Shown here piece by piece: positions 38,911 through 49,203 of a DNA stretch of 64,000 nt (its first letter is position 1; every line of letters starts with the position of its first letter). The notes under the pieces are model-generated. The model ran no database searches and was not told the DNA's origin. It saw only the letters and a program-made list of their open reading frames with translations. The DNA is taken from the IMG/VR virus record IMGVR_UViG_3300035181_000471, positions 1-64,000 of that record, one strand, 5' to 3'. The position numbers were made by a program, and so were the translations under genes.

Positions 38911-41900
38911 AGTGTGTATTCTCTGGGGAGGGTGCTGATAGCCACTTTAGAGACCTTCATCACCTTACCTTTGTATTGAAAAGTCACGGTCTTATTGCCG
39001 ATCCCGAGGACCGCTATGAAGGCGTCCATTTCCAGGTTGGTGAGAGCCCTTAGATTCTGAATTACTGGATCGTGGACCTGGGTCACTGGAATTACAGATT
39101 TGGCTTCGACAACCGCTTCGGGAGTAGGTTCGGGTGCTGGCTCTTCTTTCTTTTCTTTCTTTTTGGGTGCATAGAAAACATCATCTTCGTCAAAATCTTC
39201 TTCAGCTTGGACTTGGGCAATGACTTCTTTTTCTTCTTCCTCTTCTGGCTCATTCACTTGAACCTCCTCTGTAATGGGTTGAGAAGTGTAGATTGGAGTA
39301 ACGGGAATCTCAAACCCATAGGCTGAGGCATACTCGGCTACTGATTCGTTTAAGGCGTCCTCTTCATCCTCATCAAGACGCCAGAACTCATCTAGCTGAA
39401 GCATGACGGTGATGTAACGCTTCCTACCTTCAGTGTCCGTGGACTCCTTCAAAGACTTGAGAATAGGATGAACTCTAGTGTGGAGATTTTCAGTCAGCCA
39501 CGAGACAACCTTTTCTTCCTTACCAGCCTCTAGAGATCGAATCAATTTGTCCACTAAATCAGCATCAAACCCACGAGGGATGTAGTTCTGCATCCCTGGG
39601 ACATCATACCAACCTGCGGCCTTGTGATCAGAATCTCCGGTAAGGTGATAATCAACATCCCAAGACTGACCGTATTCACAGTCTGTTTCAATAGGCACGG
39701 GCCAGTCTTTTGCCTCGTGAAGTTTTCTCAACTTCATAAACTTGTTCAGACGAGGGACAATGTAAGGGACGAACTCATTCTTAACACTGAAGTCGATTTC
39801 GTCATGAACGGTGCAATGGAGTTTGAACACTTCTTCAACACCTGGGGTGCTAGTGGCCCAAATTCTAATCTTGTTCAAAGCGGAGCGCATAAGATCACCA
39901 GCGGTCCCCTGTAGGGGGATGTTGATGCTGACTCGCTCGGCCTTACCCAAGAACCTATTGTATTCAGTGAAGTTCTTCACACCTGATTCACGATTATTAT
40001 AGATAGCATCAGCCTGTGCCTTTGTTGCAAGGAACTCTTCTTTCTGATTACTCTTTTTGAAGTTATCGGCTTGCTTAGACAGCTTCTTCCAAGTAAAGAA
40101 ATTGTCCTTATGCTTGGGAAGTGGATGATAAATGTTGAAGCCCTTCATAGCAGATTCAAAGCTGATGATTCTACCAGTTGGGGTTTTGCAAATTAGCTTG
40201 GTTCTAGCTAGCTCTCGCTTTGAGTTACAGAATGCGGAGAACACTGGAACGGAATCCCAGTATTTAGCTACGAGATCTTGGGCGTCTTCGAAGGTTACAT
40301 CGTGGCCCTCCTTGACCATGTTCTCGTAAATAGTGTAAGCTGTTCCACCGTAAAGCAAAGCGAAGTTAATGATCTTAGCCAGAGAACGGAGAGCCTTCTT
40401 TCGGCCCTTGTCTACGGTTGGGTCGGTGAATTCAGGAAACAATGCAGACGCAGTTAGCGAGTGGAAATCACCTGAACCAGTCATGAACTCTTCAATGAAA
40501 CGAGGTTCCTTTGAGCAGTTAGCGGCCACTCTCATTTCAATGTTGGAGTAGTCAGTAGTGAAGTAAGTCCACCCTGGTTTGGCGCAGAACAAGCTACGAA
40601 GGTTGATGATTTCGTTGGCGTCTACCTTACTCTTGGACCCGATGCAAGTCTTACAAGCTGGGACAACACAATATTTCTTACCGAAGTAAACGGCAATGTG
40701 ATTGTTGTGGATGTTTGGAGCCAGAGCCTTGTCTTTATTGAAGCAGGAGGGGTCCAGATCGGATGGTTGATATTTTTCAAGGGTTTCGATGTCTACATTT
40801 TGATCTTCTAAACGCTTGCCCTTGACCCACCAGTTACCACCAATCTTTTTGATGGCCTGGACATTCAATCCGCAACCACCATCCTTCTCGTAATCTCCAC
40901 CAGCGGCGGCTAGACGGCCACCAGCAACGACATTCTGCTTGAAGTAGAACCTAGCTGAATTGTCTCTGGGATCATATCTTAGATTGCCTGGGTGAAGCGC
41001 AGAGTATTCACGGAAATCAATCAGCTTGTTGAGGAAGTCATCATCGGGATAGAGCTTCTTCAACTCAGTCAGCACACCGATAGCGGTGGAGGCTTCACCA
41101 CTCTTCTCGGATACAGCAAGAGGAGTCATGCCACGCTTCTTGAATAGAACTTCACTAAGCTGTTTTGGTGATCCAGGATTAAAATCGGGAATGCCTGCTA
41201 GCTCGGCTAGTTCAACGGTGAGTTGTGCCACTCTACTGGCGTGGAATTCGATGGTAGCTCGTAGGAGATCAACATCAATGTTTACACGCTGACGCTCAAT
41301 CCAAGTTAGGGTGTCGATTAGAAGGTGGTCTACACGATGAACAGCAGCCATAGCTCTGGCCTTGTCCTTAACGAGATTCCAACCCAGCCAAGTAGTGATA
41401 GCGTCACCAGCGGCATACCACAACGCTAGTTCAATTGGGACCCAAGTGAAGGGGGCCATGACCGTTTTGATAGTGTCTTTCTGAAGCTCTTCATTCCAAA
41501 CCTTAGCCTTCACCTTAGCGAAGTCCCCCAGTTCAATTTGCTCGATGCCAAGACGAGTCTTAGCGAAATACTTCAAGCCGCCAGTCTGAAGCTGACCACC
41601 ACCCTTAGCACCAGAATCCACGCTAGCCTTTGGGTCTTCCAAATAGCTAAGAACCTGTAAATCCTCATAGTGGGGGTAGTCGCGGAAAGTCATTCCCAGT
41701 GTAATACGAAGGACTTCTCTGTCGAACTTGGCGTTAAAGAACACCAAATGTGACTTATCGAAAAGATCTTGTAGAACCCTAACTAACTCTGCTCTGTCAA
41801 TGTTTGGGCCTTGTTCGTGTCCAACTGGAATATAGATACCTTCGATGCCATCAGCAGATAAACAGATACCTGCCAGTTCAATACCTACTTTTCCATTCAC

Positions 41901-42257
41901 TACACGGGTATCTAGACCATTGGTTTCGGTGTCAACTGCGATTACAGGACAGATTGTGTCATGAAACTTGTGGTGGCGAGAGGTGTCAGCTAAGATCCCC
42001 TCAGCCCATTTGCGAAGCTCTGAGGCATCCGTAATGAGGCGGAAACTCTTCTCGGCCATCCAAGGCTTCTTAAGTGATTCAGGCGTAACTAAAGCGATAT
42101 GCTCAGTGAAGATGGTTTTCAAATCCTTCTTCACCTTAGGCTCTTTGGGAGCCTTTTCTTTTTTGGCCTTCTTAGGCTTCTTCTCTGAGAGATCTGCTAG
42201 TGTGACCTCCCCTCCCTCTAGGCTCTTGAGTTGTTCTAGTGTATCATCGTCTTTCAC
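38907..42257 (-). CDS. polA: family A DNA polymerase with 3'-5' exonuclease
   Basis: DTETNG/FNAKFD/YAAGD exo motifs; DYSNIEMR, R..AK.INF.LLYG, VHDEI. Confidence 0.96.
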   Translation of the reverse strand: MKDDDTLEQLKSLEGGEVTLADLSEKKPKKAKKEKAPKEPKVKKDLKTIFTEHIALVTPESLKKPWMAEKSFRLITDASELRKWAEGILADTSRHHKFHDTICPVIAVDTETNGLDTRVVNGKVGIELAGICLSADGIEGIYIPVGHEQGPNIDRAELVRVLQDLFDKSHLVFFNAKFDREVLRITLGMTFRDYPHYEDLQVLSYLEDPKASVDSGAKGGGQLQTGGLKYFAKTRLGIEQIELGDFAKVKAKVWNEELQKDTIKTVMAPFTWVPIELALWYAAGDAITTWLGWNLVKDKARAMAAVHRVDHLLIDTLTWIERQRVNIDVDLLRATIEFHASRVAQLTVELAELAGIPDFNPGSPKQLSEVLFKKRGMTPLAVSEKSGEASTAIGVLTELKKLYPDDDFLNKLIDFREYSALHPGNLRYDPRDNSARFYFKQNVVAGGRLAAAGGDYEKDGGCGLNVQAIKKIGGNWWVKGKRLEDQNVDIETLEKYQPSDLDPSCFNKDKALAPNIHNNHIAVYFGKKYCVVPACKTCIGSKSKVDANEIINLRSLFCAKPGWTYFTTDYSNIEMRVAANCSKEPRFIEEFMTGSGDFHSLTASALFPEFTDPTVDKGRKKALRSLAKIINFALLYGGTAYTIYENMVKEGHDVTFEDAQDLVAKYWDSVPVFSAFCNSKRELARTKLICKTPTGRIISFESAMKGFNIYHPLPKHKDNFFTWKKLSKQADNFKKSNQKEEFLATKAQADAIYNNRESGVKNFTEYNRFLGKAERVSINIPLQGTAGDLMRSALNKIRIWATSTPGVEEVFKLHCTVHDEIDFSVKNEFVPYIVPRLNKFMKLRKLHEAKDWPVPIETDCEYGQSWDVDYHLTGDSDHKAAGWYDVPGMQNYIPRGFDADLVDKLIRSLEAGKEEKVVSWLTENLHTRVHPILKSLKESTDTEGRKRYITVMLQLDEFWRLDEDEEDALNESVAEYASAYGFEIPVTPIYTSQPITEEVQVNEPEEEEEKEVIAQVQAEEDFDEDDVFYAPKKKEKKEEPAPEPTPEAVVEAKSVIPVTQVHDPVIQNLRALTNLEMDAFIAVLGIGNKTVTFQYKGKVMKVSKVAISTLPREYTL

Positions 42258-42924
42258 TGTTCACCTTCTGCCTCAGAATACGGCTGATTCTATCCTTCCC
42301 AAGGAATTTGGCGAGAGGTAGTGGGTCTTCGGTCTGCTGAGCCTTAAAGAAGGCTTCTAGCATTGCGGTGGCCTTGTCAGCGTCCTTTACTAATACTGAA
42401 GCGTAGACCAGGAACGGCTCCCTGAGATCATCAAAAGTTAGAGAGACCACTTCCCCATCTTCATCATCGTCTTCTGTGTCTTGAGCCTTAACTTCTTCCT
42501 GCAAAACGGGTAGCTTGAACTTCTTTTCTAGCCACTTCAAGGCATCCCTACGAGAGATTCCGTAGAGGGCGGATACAAATCTAACATTGTCGTAGAACTG
42601 ATTGGTAGCTGGGGGTTCACAGCCGAAACAAAAGGCAGAATTAGACCCCTGGTAAAAGTTAAAGCTGGGGGTTGAGTCTGTGCCATGGAATGGACATGAG
42701 ATTTTGCCACCCTGGTTATTTCGGAGGAGCTTGCCCTCTTCTAGAAGCGTGATAGCGAGGTCGTGGAAGTCGATCTCCCACCTTACACGGTCCCATCGTT
42801 CCATAGAGATATCTGTCGAAGACTTGTAAATCTTCTCAATCTCTTCTTTGGCCCACTCAAAATCGTCTTCAGTTGATTGAGTAATCTGGGGGTTGGTTAC
42901 TAGCAATTTCTCTGTCTCTGGCAT
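42244..42924 (-). CDS. primase CHC2 zinc-binding domain protein
   Basis: CPFHG.DSTPSF...CFGC. Confidence 0.88.
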   Translation of the reverse strand: MPETEKLLVTNPQITQSTEDDFEWAKEEIEKIYKSSTDISMERWDRVRWEIDFHDLAITLLEEGKLLRNNQGGKISCPFHGTDSTPSFNFYQGSNSAFCFGCEPPATNQFYDNVRFVSALYGISRRDALKWLEKKFKLPVLQEEVKAQDTEDDDEDGEVVSLTFDDLREPFLVYASVLVKDADKATAMLEAFFKAQQTEDPLPLAKFLGKDRISRILRQKVNSERR

Positions 42925-43249
42925 CAAAGAACTCCTTGAGTTTCTGGTTCAGGCTGGCTAGGGCGGAAACCTTCTCAGGCGGCACCTCGTTCTTTAAATA
43001 CGCAAACATCGTGTCTCTAGAAGAGAACAAAAGTTTGAGGACCGTATTCACGGAGAAAGGCGGCTGAGGGTTCTCAAGAAGTACATTGGAGATGGAGTTA
43101 TGAGCTAGAAGCTCATTCCTGAGGGAATGGTCGTGAGGCCACTTCATCAGGAAGAGGAAATCTTGAATCTGGTGGTAATTCGTCCCCATATCGTAGGGAG
43201 TTAGATGGAAATGCACCTCCGGCTGGGTTCCGTGGACTAGGATTCGCAT
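42869..43249 (-). CDS. hypothetical protein
   Basis: TAATG coupling. Confidence 0.55.
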   Translation of the reverse strand: MRILVHGTQPEVHFHLTPYDMGTNYHQIQDFLFLMKWPHDHSLRNELLAHNSISNVLLENPQPPFSVNTVLKLLFSSRDTMFAYLKNEVPPEKVSALASLNQKLKEFFDARDREIASNQPPDYSIN

Positions 43250-44061
43250 TAGGCCCCCAGGTACTGCTTTCCTAGGGTCACTAGTGCCCTACGATTGCGC
43301 TGGAACTCGGACACAGAGATGCTAAGGTGGTTCACCATGTCATCTACCTTGTCCTGGTACATGATGGCTTCTAGGGTGTCCATAAGCTCAGGGCGCTTGG
43401 CCTTGACAAAATTCAGGAACTTGTCAACGAACAACTGCTTGTATAGGTCTGATTGAACCTTGTCGCGGTTGTCGCGGAGCGGCTTGGAGTTGTCGTGGAT
43501 AAACGACTCCTTGGACTCCTGAGGTAGATTGGCATTTTCGCCAGCCTCTTCCTCAATTCCTAGAGAGAATGCGATATTGGCTAGCGCATCCTTCTTCTGC
43601 TTAGTTACGCCAGTCAGGAACTTGTTGTTGAGGCAGGTATTTACATACCCGAAGAACCTACGAGCCGATGCTCCATAAGCCCCCCAAGGGTTGAAGGCAT
43701 CAATGACATCCACGAACCCACGCTGACGCCACTTGGACTCTTGTGGAAGAGTTCGCATGTGGATGCTTAGCTCGGAGGTCCAATCCTCTACATTGGGGTC
43801 ATAGGGGTTGCTCTTGAGCTTCTTACACACCCAGTTACGAACATAGGTGGGGTAATCGCGCTCCAACTCCAGGAAGGAGTTTGGAACGACGAAACCGTCC
43901 TCCCCAACGAAGTGACCATCCTTGCTTACGAACGGCTCTCCGGTGTAGGAGGCAATTGCGGTGGAATCCCAGTTCTTGTGAAACTTCTGGTAATCCACAG
44001 ATTCCTTTGGGGTTACCACCAGAGATAGCTCTGGCTGTGCGTCTAGCTTTTCCTTTGACAT
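43249..44061 (-). CDS. sigma-factor-like protein
   Basis: Region-2-like VEDW..E..I...F.P...F.GY...C..N and C-terminal HTH-like helix pair. Confidence 0.55.
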   Translation of the reverse strand: MSKEKLDAQPELSLVVTPKESVDYQKFHKNWDSTAIASYTGEPFVSKDGHFVGEDGFVVPNSFLELERDYPTYVRNWVCKKLKSNPYDPNVEDWTSELSIHMRTLPQESKWRQRGFVDVIDAFNPWGAYGASARRFFGYVNTCLNNKFLTGVTKQKKDALANIAFSLGIEEEAGENANLPQESKESFIHDNSKPLRDNRDKVQSDLYKQLFVDKFLNFVKAKRPELMDTLEAIMYQDKVDDMVNHLSISVSEFQRNRRALVTLGKQYLGA

Positions 44062-44086
44062 ACGGCTCCTTTAGTCCCTCATATCT

Positions 44087-44112
44087 ATGATACTAAGGTT
44101 TTGTAGGTTTCA
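44087..44112 (-). promoter_or_regulatory. putative phage promoter (TGAAA-N13-AGTATCAT) upstream of the sigma-like gene
   Basis: Variant of the recurring motif. Confidence 0.5.
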
Positions 44113-44117
44113 TGCCA

Positions 44118-44765
44118 TTATTTCTTTTTGGTCGCCCTTTCCGTGGCTTCCAACTGCTCCTCTTGCTTCTGTAAGACTTCCTTGGTCTTGTCGATCAGTT
44201 CGATGACGGCCCTGCTCTTCTCAGCGGCAAGTTCTTCTCTTCCCTTGACAACTAGGTAGAAGACACCGGATAGAACTAGTGTGGTGATGAAGCTCCAGAA
44301 GGCGCTGTGTATAATTTTTGACCATCTTGAGAACTGCATGATGGCATCTGGTATTTTGTTACCCTTCTCGTCATAGCCGTTATTGGCATAAATGATCTTG
44401 ACAATACGATCAAAGTGTTCCTGTCTGGCGTCTTCCAGTTCCACTCTCTCCTTATTATACTCGCTCATGTCCACGGATGACTGCTTTAGAGTCTCCAAAG
44501 TTTCAAGTTTTTTGAACATGGCGTTGTGTTCTTGCTTGATGACCTCAAGACCCTTCATGATATCCTCAAGGTTCTTAGACACATCGTCATCACTCAGAGA
44601 ACCTTTAATGGTCTCAAGGTGTTTTAGAACGGTGTATACGGCGGCACCAATTTCTCGGTTTAGAGAAAAAATAGACTGCAAATCGTCTTTGACTGTGGCC
44701 TGTCCCGACAAATAGGACGCTCCATAGTCGGATACTCTTCTCCCAACTCTCTCTGAATTACTCAT
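44118..44765 (-). CDS. membrane protein (coiled coil plus one TM)
   Basis: TM segment AFWSFITTLVLSGVFYLVV. Confidence 0.55.
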   Translation of the reverse strand: MSNSERVGRRVSDYGASYLSGQATVKDDLQSIFSLNREIGAAVYTVLKHLETIKGSLSDDDVSKNLEDIMKGLEVIKQEHNAMFKKLETLETLKQSSVDMSEYNKERVELEDARQEHFDRIVKIIYANNGYDEKGNKIPDAIMQFSRWSKIIHSAFWSFITTLVLSGVFYLVVKGREELAAEKSRAVIELIDKTKEVLQKQEEQLEATERATKKK

Positions 44766-44767
44766 AG

Positions 44768-44950
44768 TTACCCTATCTTATTTTTGATTTCATCCAGAGA
44801 GCTTGTTAGCTTTGATAAAGACACTTGCAAATCTGTGAAAACAGCATCTCGGTAGAGACCTGAGGATTTAACCGCACCTTCAATAGCGGTGAGGCGAGTC
44901 AAAATATCTCGCTTCAAATCTTCTAGCATTTTAAGAGCATTCGGGTCCAA
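44768..44950 (-). CDS. small coiled-coil protein
   Basis: TTG start with GAGG. Confidence 0.45.
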   Translation of the reverse strand: MDPNALKMLEDLKRDILTRLTAIEGAVKSSGLYRDAVFTDLQVSLSKLTSSLDEIKNKIG

Positions 44951-44986
44951 AATAGCCTCACATAAGGGATACGCAAATTAACTTAG

Positions 44987-46843
44987 TTATCTTCTTCTAT
45001 AGGGGTTTTGAACCCCGCCATTAGCTCTCTGCATTATACGAGACTGACGATCCATAGCTCTCAATTCGTATAATGAAGCGGTCTGTAAATCTAACCCACC
45101 TTTAGGGAGTCCCATATAGAAATTATCGGGACTCCAACCGTTCATGATGTCAGCAAACTCTCTGGCACCTTCCCCGATTGACCACTGTTGAGCTACCCAG
45201 GAGGATAGAGCGGCGGCGTCACAGAGATCGTCATGAGCATTCTTTTCAGCCGGAGCTTGAACACGGATCTGGTATTTTCCAGTGTAGGAGGCTTCAACCA
45301 ACTTCAATTCTTCAATGAACACCTTTTCGTTAGGGAACTTGGTTTTCTTTTGTTCCATCAGACCTTTTAGCACTAGATACATTTGGGAGTTAATACCAGA
45401 GGTCAAGTGAACTAAGTCTAGGCCATTGATGCCGTAGCTCTGTAGAAGCTGGACTAGCATGGAGCCGCCGTGTTGGTCAGTTGCTCCCTTGTGGCATGGT
45501 AAAACTTGGTTCATCTGGAACAACCATTCAAGGATGTCCTCAAGGGGGAGTTGCTTGTGGTCTACATACTTCCCCTCCCCCACCATTAATCTGCCAATGT
45601 AGTCGTATACCAGCTTTGCTCCAGTAGCTCCCATGGGCTCCCAGTGGGAGATTGCAAGACCCGTTCCATCGTGCTGCATACCGAGATCGAGTCCCCAAAA
45701 GAACTTACGGCCAATGGATTTCTCACTGAAGGTTTCTAGATTGTATCTGTCGTGGTCAATGCAATCATCAATAGTGCTTAGACGAACATACGACTGAGCG
45801 GCCTCTAGGAAATCACCACCGTATTCAGTCATGAACACATCAGGATTTTCTCTGAATTCCTTCTTCAAGAAGCCCACATCAGAACGGGGATTCATCTCTG
45901 CGGTGGAGCAACGGAAGGCAAGGATGTCGGAGTCATTACCCATCTTCATGCCAGACTGGTAGAGGTCATAGTATTTACCGATCTTACCATTTGGTGATGT
46001 AATGATGAGAATCATGGACTCTCTTTTACCGTCACGAGTTCCACCAGCCTTGAACTGCATGGTGGCAGGAGCGGCGGCTTTGTAGATTTCGTCTGAATTG
46101 GACCCAATCTGCGCCCTGTAGAACGCAAACTCGTCTAGAGCTAGCAAGAGGGAGCTAGGACCACGGACAGCGTTAGTGGTACAAGGGAAAGACGCAACTT
46201 TAATAGATGGCGTGATGTCTCTCTTATGACGGTCAGCCTCAGATACGAAAGTCATTTCTTCTGTGTTCATGTTCTTCAAGAACGGAGCAAAGAAAGGGGC
46301 GCGGTTGACATCTTCCTTCATCTTATCGTATAGGCGCGAAGAGCCCTCGGAGTCCTGTGCCATGAAGGTGAAATCAATTGGCGATCCTGACACCAATCCA
46401 TAGTAATCCTGAGGAGATCTAATGTTCAAGAGCTTATAAAGTTTGTAGGTGGCGATAGCGGAAACCAACTGAGATTTCCCACCACGGCGACCTACAATGG
46501 CTACGATTTCGTTGTACCCATCTGGGTTGGCGTCTTGCCAACTAGAGATGTTTATTCTGCCTTTATCATGAACATACTTAATGTACTCAGTTTCTTTGAA
46601 GGTATAGAGGAGTTTTTCGCAGAAGACATCGTACACTGGAACTTCATGCTCATTTTTATCCATTGGAATGCCAAAAATGAGTTTGAGCAGGACACGCTGG
46701 ACTGGGTATAACTTGATGCCTAAACCTTGTGGGGATTCAACGAAGTCTAGTGCATCCAATAAGTTAGTGCTATCTGTAATGTGGTGTTGGATTAGCTCCC
46801 CAAAGATGGACTCTCTGGTTTTTAGATTGAATTTCTTTACCAT
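44987..46843 (-). CDS. terL: terminase large subunit
   Basis: LYPVQ, GRRGGKS, LDEFAF, ITSP, LDLG, HDDLCDA. Confidence 0.93.
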   Translation of the reverse strand: MVKKFNLKTRESIFGELIQHHITDSTNLLDALDFVESPQGLGIKLYPVQRVLLKLIFGIPMDKNEHEVPVYDVFCEKLLYTFKETEYIKYVHDKGRINISSWQDANPDGYNEIVAIVGRRGGKSQLVSAIATYKLYKLLNIRSPQDYYGLVSGSPIDFTFMAQDSEGSSRLYDKMKEDVNRAPFFAPFLKNMNTEEMTFVSEADRHKRDITPSIKVASFPCTTNAVRGPSSLLLALDEFAFYRAQIGSNSDEIYKAAAPATMQFKAGGTRDGKRESMILIITSPNGKIGKYYDLYQSGMKMGNDSDILAFRCSTAEMNPRSDVGFLKKEFRENPDVFMTEYGGDFLEAAQSYVRLSTIDDCIDHDRYNLETFSEKSIGRKFFWGLDLGMQHDGTGLAISHWEPMGATGAKLVYDYIGRLMVGEGKYVDHKQLPLEDILEWLFQMNQVLPCHKGATDQHGGSMLVQLLQSYGINGLDLVHLTSGINSQMYLVLKGLMEQKKTKFPNEKVFIEELKLVEASYTGKYQIRVQAPAEKNAHDDLCDAAALSSWVAQQWSIGEGAREFADIMNGWSPDNFYMGLPKGGLDLQTASLYELRAMDRQSRIMQRANGGVQNPYRRR

Positions 46844-46855
46844 ACTGCTTATCCT

Positions 46856-47629
46856 TTAAGGTAGAACCTTTGTGAAATCAAACATCTTTCCGTGAACCAC
46901 GCCTGTTCTGCAAGCGATAGTCCCTCTTCTAGATAGAGCGTCCCACACATACTCAGGTTTGCTGAGTAAGGCTCTCTGGTATGCGTAATGAAGTAGCAGG
47001 TTGGCTAGGGGGTCATTAGCGATGATCGGACCCCAGGCGGCAGCAGTCTTAGCTGACTTGGTTTTAGCTAGCTCTACGGCCTGTTCTGAGACAATGGTGT
47101 CCCCCTCAGCATAAGGAGCAACACTACCTCTAGAGTTTTTCATCCCACCTGACTGAGTTACGATGTCAAAGAAGAAAGCAACGACACGAGCGTTTTCTGA
47201 ACCATTGCTCACATACTGATCAGCGTAGTTAATTGCCTTCGCTAGAACGCCTGACTCAGCTAACGCAACTTGAGCGTCAACCGATGGTTGGGAGCTTAAA
47301 AATGCCTTCCACTGAGCCGTAGCTTCAGGAGAGAGTTTCATACCATCAGGTAAGAAATTGTCCATTACAAATTGCTTCTGCTCTGCTCCGCTCATTTCAA
47401 TCATGGAGGACACGGGGACAGAGAAATTAGCATCAATATCCTCAACGGAGGATAGTTCAGCGATCTTAGCTAGTAAATGGCCGAGAGAGCCTTGTCCAGC
47501 GCACCACTGAAGCACACCAACACTCATTCCTTGACCATCAAAATTTCCTGTTAGACCATCATACGCAGGGCTTCCATTTTCATAAGAGCCAGTGATACGA
47601 AGGCATGTATCGAGTAATTCCTTAGACAT
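46856..47629 (-). CDS. lysozyme-like endolysin
   Basis: ITGSYE...GNFDGQGMS.G.LQW...QGSL, FFDI.TQ.G. Confidence 0.7.
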   Translation of the reverse strand: MSKELLDTCLRITGSYENGSPAYDGLTGNFDGQGMSVGVLQWCAGQGSLGHLLAKIAELSSVEDIDANFSVPVSSMIEMSGAEQKQFVMDNFLPDGMKLSPEATAQWKAFLSSQPSVDAQVALAESGVLAKAINYADQYVSNGSENARVVAFFFDIVTQSGGMKNSRGSVAPYAEGDTIVSEQAVELAKTKSAKTAAAWGPIIANDPLANLLLHYAYQRALLSKPEYVWDALSRRGTIACRTGVVHGKMFDFTKVLP

Positions 47630-47663
47630 AGCGTCACCTCACTAAAGGTGGCGAAAAGTCTAT

Positions 47664-47924
47664 TTATAGAAGTTTCTGGGCGTCTTCTGGTGAGATAGGA
47701 ATAGCCATATCACCATTTAAGGCGACCGAGACTGGCCCTTCAATGACCTGGACTTCCTTTTCAGGAGCAGGAGGAAGGTCGAATTTCTGTGGGTTGGAGA
47801 TAGCATCCCAAGTGGTGGCGGCGATCTTTAACTCGCTTGGGGGAAACATTCCGTTCTCGGAACACTTTTCAAATAGGTAGACTAGATACTCGTGCTGGGT
47901 TTCGGTGAGGATTACAGCGATCAT
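47664..47924 (-). CDS. hypothetical protein
   Basis: Start trimmed to MIAV after GGAG. Confidence 0.55.
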   Translation of the reverse strand: MIAVILTETQHEYLVYLFEKCSENGMFPPSELKIAATTWDAISNPQKFDLPPAPEKEVQVIEGPVSVALNGDMAIPISPEDAQKLL

Positions 47925-47943
47925 TAAATTCTCCAAAAAAATA

Positions 47944-47971
47944 AGGCTCCCCATATAATACTGGGGAGCCT
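47944..47971 (-). terminator. intrinsic terminator
   Basis: AGGCTCCCCA/TGGGGAGCCT stem then T-tract. Confidence 0.7.
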
Positions 47972-47989
47972 CTTGTGCCGGAATTACTA

Positions 47990-48745
47990 TTACTTCTTTT
48001 TCTTGTCCTTTTCGGCCTCTACTTTGGCTTCTGTGGCGGTCTCTTCAACATCCTGACGCTTTCGTAGCATTTCCTGGAGTGGAGTGTCCAGACGCTTCTT
48101 GTAGCTGACGGTGCGAACCATTACCTCTCTGGCATAGGAGTCACCCTTACCACAGTAGTAATACAAGGCCCACATATAGTCGTTCTTGCTGGTCTTACCC
48201 TGAATCATGGCCGCTTCGTGCTTATCAGCCAAGATCTCGATACCGATGGCGATGTTCAGAACTGGATCAAGTAGTGACTCGGGGGTAAGGGTAATGCCTC
48301 TGGCCTTGTAATACTTGATGGCGGTGTCGTACATCAACTGCATGAAGCCTGTGGCACCAGAAGGGTTTTTAGCAACAGGATTCCAGTTGGACTCCTGCTC
48401 GATCAACCCCATGACCAGTTCTGGACGGATGTCATACTTTCGGCACCCACTGTATAGTTCGAAGGACATTCTAGACTTTACATCCGAAGAAAGCTTGTCC
48501 CCCACCTTCTCTTCGATGATGTCACGGATGACCTGTTGCTCGTTTATGACTCGGAGATTGGCAAGCATCATCTCCTGAGTATTCTTAAATTCGTTCTGGT
48601 TCTTGAGAAGCTGGTAGCCACCGACACTAGCAACTCCTACAACAGCCAACAAAGCCGCGACCACGAGTACGAAAGATGATCCTACCACCTTCGTAAGCCA
48701 AGTCGGGATTTGCCAATGTTTTACTGCGCTTTTTCCTTCTTCCAT
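47990..48745 (-). CDS. membrane-anchored SLT lytic transglycosylase
   Basis: TM, then IEQES..NP.A...GATGFMQLM, DP.LNI.IG. Confidence 0.9.
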   Translation of the reverse strand: MEEGKSAVKHWQIPTWLTKVVGSSFVLVVAALLAVVGVASVGGYQLLKNQNEFKNTQEMMLANLRVINEQQVIRDIIEEKVGDKLSSDVKSRMSFELYSGCRKYDIRPELVMGLIEQESNWNPVAKNPSGATGFMQLMYDTAIKYYKARGITLTPESLLDPVLNIAIGIEILADKHEAAMIQGKTSKNDYMWALYYYCGKGDSYAREVMVRTVSYKKRLDTPLQEMLRKRQDVEETATEAKVEAEKDKKKK

Positions 48746-48795
48746 GATTTCTCCTTTAGAAAATAGGAATATGGCATGGGTTACCCCCACACCAT

Positions 48796-48821
48796 ATTAT
48801 ACTGGGTTGGCCCCAGTTTCA
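48796..48821 (-). promoter_or_regulatory. putative phage promoter (TGAAA-N13-AGTATAAT)
   Basis: Copy of the recurring motif. Confidence 0.55.
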
Positions 48822-48879
48822 TACCATTACAGCACTCCGCTCACTCGGCACTGGAGAGCAAATGCAGTAATAATAAATG

Positions 48880-49203
48880 TTAGATTTCGTCAAAATTAAG
48901 ATGCTCAACTAGCTGGGTAATGACCTCGTTCATGGTTTGAGTTCTGAGCTTGACATCATTCTCCAGAAGATTCTCAGACTTATCCATCTTACCGTCAATT
49001 AGGCCATTAATATGATCCTTGATTCTAGGATCAACCCCATCGTGGAATACATTGTTCATGAAAAAGGTGGATCTGTCCTCGCTAGATAGGTTGTTCCACT
49101 GAATCTTATTCATGTTTTTGAATTGCAAAGCTCCGTCTAGGTTGGTAAGCAGTTGCTTAGCCAAGTCCCTCGTTAGGAGATCTGATTTCTTTCTTGTTCT
49201 CAT
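48880..49203 (-). CDS. hypothetical protein
   Basis: TAATG coupling to the Dps gene. Confidence 0.55.
   Translation of the reverse strand: MRTRKKSDLLTRDLAKQLLTNLDGALQFKNMNKIQWNNLSSEDRSTFFMNNVFHDGVDPRIKDHINGLIDGKMDKSENLLENDVKLRTQTMNEVITQLVEHLNFDEI

Noticed and set aside
38907-46843. Inteins or introns in polA, terL or portal
   Set aside because: No C/S...HN splice motifs or LAGLIDADG blocks, and the frames are continuous.
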